NCBI GenBank assembly: GCA_905178155.1
Contig: CAJINV010000018.1
Coordinates: 476,609 to 540,608, forward strand
Reading direction: 5' to 3'
Length of the DNA: 64,000 bases
Origin: Amoebophrya sp. A120
Taxonomy: Eukaryota; Protista; Dinoflagellata
In this document: one piece after another, positions 59,665 to 64,000 of the stretch
Layout: the number at the start of each line of letters is the position of its first letter
Position numbering within the stretch: the stretch's first letter is position 1
Position numbers and translations under genes: made by a program
The notes under the pieces: generated by a model
What the model was told of the DNA's origin: nothing
Seen by the model: the letters and a program-made list of their open reading frames with translations, nothing else
Databases searched by the model: none

Positions 59665-62600
59665 TTACCCTGATAAAACTGCGCCCCGGCCACCGGTTTT
59701 CACTTCGCTAATCGAAAAGCGATCCGACTGTGCCTTTAGAAACGTATAAATTGCAAAAGTATCTTCGACGTAGTGCCAAAAATTGGAATTGCATATACAA
59801 ATGTTTTCGAATAAAGCAAATAGCGCTGACTTTTCAGGCAAGTAACCTTTAGATTTTTTGTCATGCAGTACTGCAAGTGGTACCAGTTCTAGTACATTCA
59901 TTAGGACGACATACAAGTACTTTTGCAGAAGTGGATAAAACGTGAGCAGCAGCGCTTCCAATTCGAGCTTTTTTGGATGTTGCATCTTTTCCGCAAATTC
60001 CGGCACGAGGTCCGCGAGTTCCGCGACTGTCACCGTTCGCTTGCGCGCCTGATCCATCCGGTTCTGGAACAAAAGGGGCCAGTTCAGGTTCTGGGAGGTT
60101 GTCTGCTTCGATGTTGACATCAAGCCGTTTTTACTTGCAGTTCCACCAGTTGAGGCAGATATAGCTGCAGTTTTCGTTGTAGTTGTCCCATTTGTGTTAT
60201 TGTTCGTCTTTTTCCCGTCTCTCGACCGTGGGAGTTGAGCAATTCCGGCACTGTCCGCGGGCTTGTAGGCCAAGATTGGCTTCGTTCCATAACCGTTCTC
60301 TCTCGCGCTCTGCAGAATGACGAGATCTGCTGCACGGGGCCTTTTCATCTCTTCTTCACCGCCTTGGTTGTGGGGGGCGGTGGAGACGGGGTTTTTCATG
60401 TCTCGCTCGCCAGTCCTCGTCCCGGAAAGAAGGGTCTTGGTCTCAGCCATTTCTTCGCCCTTCTGGGTTCTTTCAGCTGCGTGCTGGCTCGCTCGTGTAC
60501 TAACACTTGCTGGTGCAGCCCCCGGAAGGTCTTTACCACCTTGCACGCTGGTGCCTCCGATCGTTGTAATTTCACCATCATTTTCGCGTTGAACAACCAG
60601 TTCCGTTCTTTCTACGAAGGCTGGGTCGTGGCCTTCTACATTTGGTATTCTGTTCGAAGGGTTGAATAAAGCTGGACTCCCAACCTTATTTTTCGTGGCG
60701 TTCAGTTCTTTTTCTTTGTCTTTCGCGGCATGTTGTATCTCGATAGGCGCAAGGTCAGCCGCAGCGACCCTCGGCACCGCGCTGAGATCCCAGCCGGGCG
60801 ACGTTTTGTTCAAGGCAACCACGACTTCGCGCCCACCTTGGCTGTTGGCGGAAGTGGTTCCTTTCTTCTTCGCGCCCGCAATGGAAGTTGCTGGCGTTTT
60901 TACAACACTGGCCCCACCCAATGCGGGAAACGCTTCGAAGTCATCTCGGTCAGGCATGGACGCTCGCATGGGTCTCTTGTGGATGTCGCCGACCACCGTA
61001 CGGACTTCGAATGGTGATCCACGGCCGGGATGATCCATTTTCGACGGCCCGATGGAAGCAGTACTAGATGCGCCACCTTCGAAAAGTTCGCCGCTTTTGA
61101 AGAAAATATCCTCGCGCATAGTATCAGAGAAAGCACCTTCTACTTCGCGCGTATTCGCTGCAACGGTGTTGTGGATCTTCGACGCTGAAGTAGCACCAGC
61201 TGCGTTTTTCATATTATTTCCACCTGTCAACACACTCTTTGTCTTTTCCAGCAGCTGTGTCTCCATGGCTTTCAGCGAGGCGGCAAGGACGTAGTCCTCA
61301 TTTTGAATCGCGACCCTCTTGCGCTCTTGGATCCCCTCAAGTTCGCTGGCGTGGACTTCCTTACTTTTAGTGTTCAGAAAGACCAACAGGTCGTGGACGT
61401 CGTGGTCGTCTTCCTCCTCGTCCTTGGGTGACGTCGATGCAACCGGAGGACTTGTAGTAGTTCTAGGGTTCTTGTTCGCTTGTTCAGCTTCCTTCTTCGC
61501 GTCCTCGCCAGGTGGTTCTATAATTTGTGCCCGTCTACTTTTTATACTTGCCTCGTCTGCGAGGGGATCCTGGACTACAGCTCCAGGAGTAGATGGTGAT
61601 AGCGAGACGAATTCGTACTCCACCCCGGCTCCGCGCCAGAAACTTGTCAGCGCATTCGAAATTTTTTTCGAAAGGAGAAACGGTGCATGAAGATAAAGAT
61701 CCTCAGACTCATCTGTACTAGTTTTCGCGTTTACAGCTTTCCCAGTGAAAAACTCTTCGGGGAGCGCGGACCTGGTATGATGGAAAAAAATCGAGATTTC
61801 GGATCGCAGTCTCGCATTGATTTCCGACAGAAGGAGGGCGCCGTCGTGTTCTTTTCGCTTTGCTAATCTTGAAGTGGAGACTTTAACATTTTCAGCAATA
61901 GAAGGAGCGGTGCCACCCGCCGATGTTTTGGCTATTGATGAAATTCCAACATCTTCTTGTTCCATTATCTTCAACTCCGTAGGCTTAGAAGCTCTGTTCA
62001 TCCCACTTCTGCTCCTCTTCTGTCTCTCTTCTAGCAGCAGCTCCACCACCTTTCGCTGCAGGTAGTAGAACGGCTGAGCCTCCTCGAGCAATTCTTCTTG
62101 CCAAAAAACCGGCCGCGCTGGTCGTGGTGGTGGAGTCGTTACGGCGATATCACCTTGCTGTAGTTGCGGTCGTCCCGCGTCTCGGCCTTGTTGGAGAAAG
62201 AACACGATGCTCCCACCCTGAAATAGCACGGGGGTAGTCTGTTCCTTCTGGTGACCACGCTCGCGCTTTGCAGACGCGGCTCGTTGTTCCTCGGGCAACA
62301 TCCCCGTTTCGTTGAGCATCTCGGAGGACCGAGCCGTGAAATCCTGCACAAGTTCCAGCTTGTCCACCAGGAACTTCTTTAGCTGCGCTGGCAGCGGGGC
62401 AACCACTTCGAAACGTTTCTGATCCAGCTCAAACCGTTATGAGGGTGCACAAATCCTACTTCTAGTGGTCCTCCCCTCATTTGTATATCCAAAATTATAC
62501 CGATAATCGGAATCAACATCGACATCTTGCCTTTAAGCACTGTTTGCATGACAAATAATTTTGGAATCTACTCAAACAGTCAACTACAATCTGCGTAGAG

Positions 62601-63813
62601 ATTTGTAATGCGGAAAAGCCCCTTGGCTTTGATTTGTCATGCGGAAACGCCCCTTGGCGTTGGCCTCGTCTGCTGTTGCTTGTTTTGTGCTGCTGCTCAT
62701 GCTCTTCAAATTATGCGGGGGATGGAACATCAACGGGACGAGTTGCGCACACTCATAAGCCAAGGAGGTAGGAATGGAGAAACAACCTCGGACAAAAATG
62801 GCGACTGAGATAGTAGCTTTCATCACCACGACCCCCACCTTTTAGAGATACTCCCTCGTTCTTTGCTGCGGCAGGAGGAGGATCACGAGTTAATCTAGTT
62901 CCAGCTGCGGCGGGCCAAGCGGTCGTTGTAGAAGGAGCTGCAGATGAATTACTACTAGAAGAACCTTTATTTTTCCACGAACTTGGGCCGTCCTCTGATG
63001 TTATCTTCTTCCATCGGTATTTGTCGTCGCACACCAGTGGATGCCCAATGTGCTGTATCAAATGCAAAAGTGTCTGGGTCTGGAAGAATGGAAGATTTGT
63101 CATGCAGGTAGTTTTCCATGACCCATGAGGTCAGTAATGCGTGGTCTAGCATCACAGATTTTGAGAGGGCTTCCTGATGCCTGTTCCGCATGAGAAATGC
63201 CCTCTCGCCGTGGCAAAAACTGGACTCCTCTTGCTGGTCATGAATTACAGATTTTTTTCGAATCCGAAGACAGCATCACAAGTCACAACCTTCCAGACCC
63301 AGACATGTTTCCATTTGGTATGCTGCAGGTGCACCCGAATCTGGTGCGTGCGCCCGCTGTGATATGACAATGCACAACTCCCCCTCCCCCTCATTTGTCA
63401 TGCAAAATACCCAATTCACCCATTGCCTCTTGGCACTGCTTGCATGACAAGTTCGGGTAGCCCAAATCGCACTACACTCCACTACAAATTTATCATGCAA
63501 AACCGGCACTCTTGCTGATGCTTGTGCTGCTGCCGTTCATGCTATACAAATGAGGGGGAGGGGGAGTTGTGCACTGTCGTATGTGAATGCTGCATGCGAG
63601 AAGAGAGAAATATCGACGAGAAGCAGGTGTAGATGACGATGTTGCCGAAGCGTGATGAAAACTAACCTCCTCGTCCTGCTCCGGAGTTGATGTAGTAGAT
63701 CCCGGCTTATTTTTAACACCAGGCGCACGACCCGTTATTTCAGCATCTTCTTCCTTCCCTACTTCACCACTTAGTTTCTCTCGAAACCAGCCGACGAGTA
63801 CGAAATCCGTGCG
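59665..63813 (-). CDS. RluA-family RNA pseudouridine synthase with long C-terminal extension, 5'-partial
   Basis: After introner removal it reads ARTDF..SLLACSIHSGRTHQIRVHLQHIGHPLVCDDKY..RLFLHSYLLGF..FEVVAPLP, the RluA/RluD C-terminal motifs. The gene continues beyond the window. The 3' end may splice further at GG|GTAAG (~59668). Confidence 0.88.
62438..62757. mobile_element. Introner family B with decayed direct repeat
   Basis: TIR TATGAG.GTGC.CAA. Flanks ACCGT/AGCCA match at only 2/5. Confidence 0.82.
63056..63320. mobile_element. Introner family A
   Basis: Direct repeat TGCTG. Confidence 0.9.
63363..63581. mobile_element. Introner family B
   Basis: Direct repeat TGTGA. Confidence 0.9.
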
Positions 63814-63818
63814 CGCGG

Positions 63819-64000
63819 TATCAAAATGAAAAAAGCCCCCGCCCCATATCAAATGGGAAATCTGTGACGCAGGATTTGCGTACACAAATGCGCGCTGTCT
63901 TGCAATACGGCATCGCAGCCAGATCCGCAGCCTAGGGAAGGGCGTTGCGGGTCTAGTTGCTTAGCATTGCAAACGGCTGCCCTTTAGGCCCAACAGCATG
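63819..64000. mobile_element. Introner family H, truncated by window end
   Basis: TATCAAAATGAAAAAAGCCCCCGCCCCATATC, interior similar to 14640-14965 and 24810-25140. Confidence 0.85.

Noticed and set aside
1-64000. Transposase or dinoflagellate spliced-leader sequence
   Set aside because: No DDE, tyrosine-recombinase or RT ORF and no CCGTAGCCATTTTGGCTCAAG was recognised by eye.

Overview
Eukaryotic, alveolate-like genomic DNA. The intron architecture matches what is reported for the parasitic dinoflagellate Amoebophrya (inference, no search run). All credible genes lie on the minus strand. The centrepiece is a complete cytoplasmic dynein heavy chain gene (17734-46532). It is interrupted by 4 canonical GT-AG introns and 49 non-canonical, MITE-like 'introner' introns with TAT...ATA terminal inverted repeats and 5-bp flanking direct repeats, in about 12 families. 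Removing each element plus one 5-bp copy gives by hand count 14,919 nt (about 4972 aa) with conserved motifs restored at the junctions. Nine more complete elements occur elsewhere, including in a partial RluA pseudouridine synthase gene. The sequence suggests rules for their removal: orientation-independent, an invariant UA at the transcript-5' end, a fixed 5-nt offset even when the direct repeat has decayed, and a shared internal motif. A canonical dynein intron hides a 272-nt Pol III-type tRNA-framed RNA whose anticodon loop is replaced by a ~207-nt structured domain. Also present: a gene with a degenerate Tpt1/KptA-like N-lobe, a J-domain-like protein, secreted hypotheticals, a 7-bp-TSD transposon nested in an introner, a ~4-kb TIR-bounded repeat array and a split-direct-repeat element.
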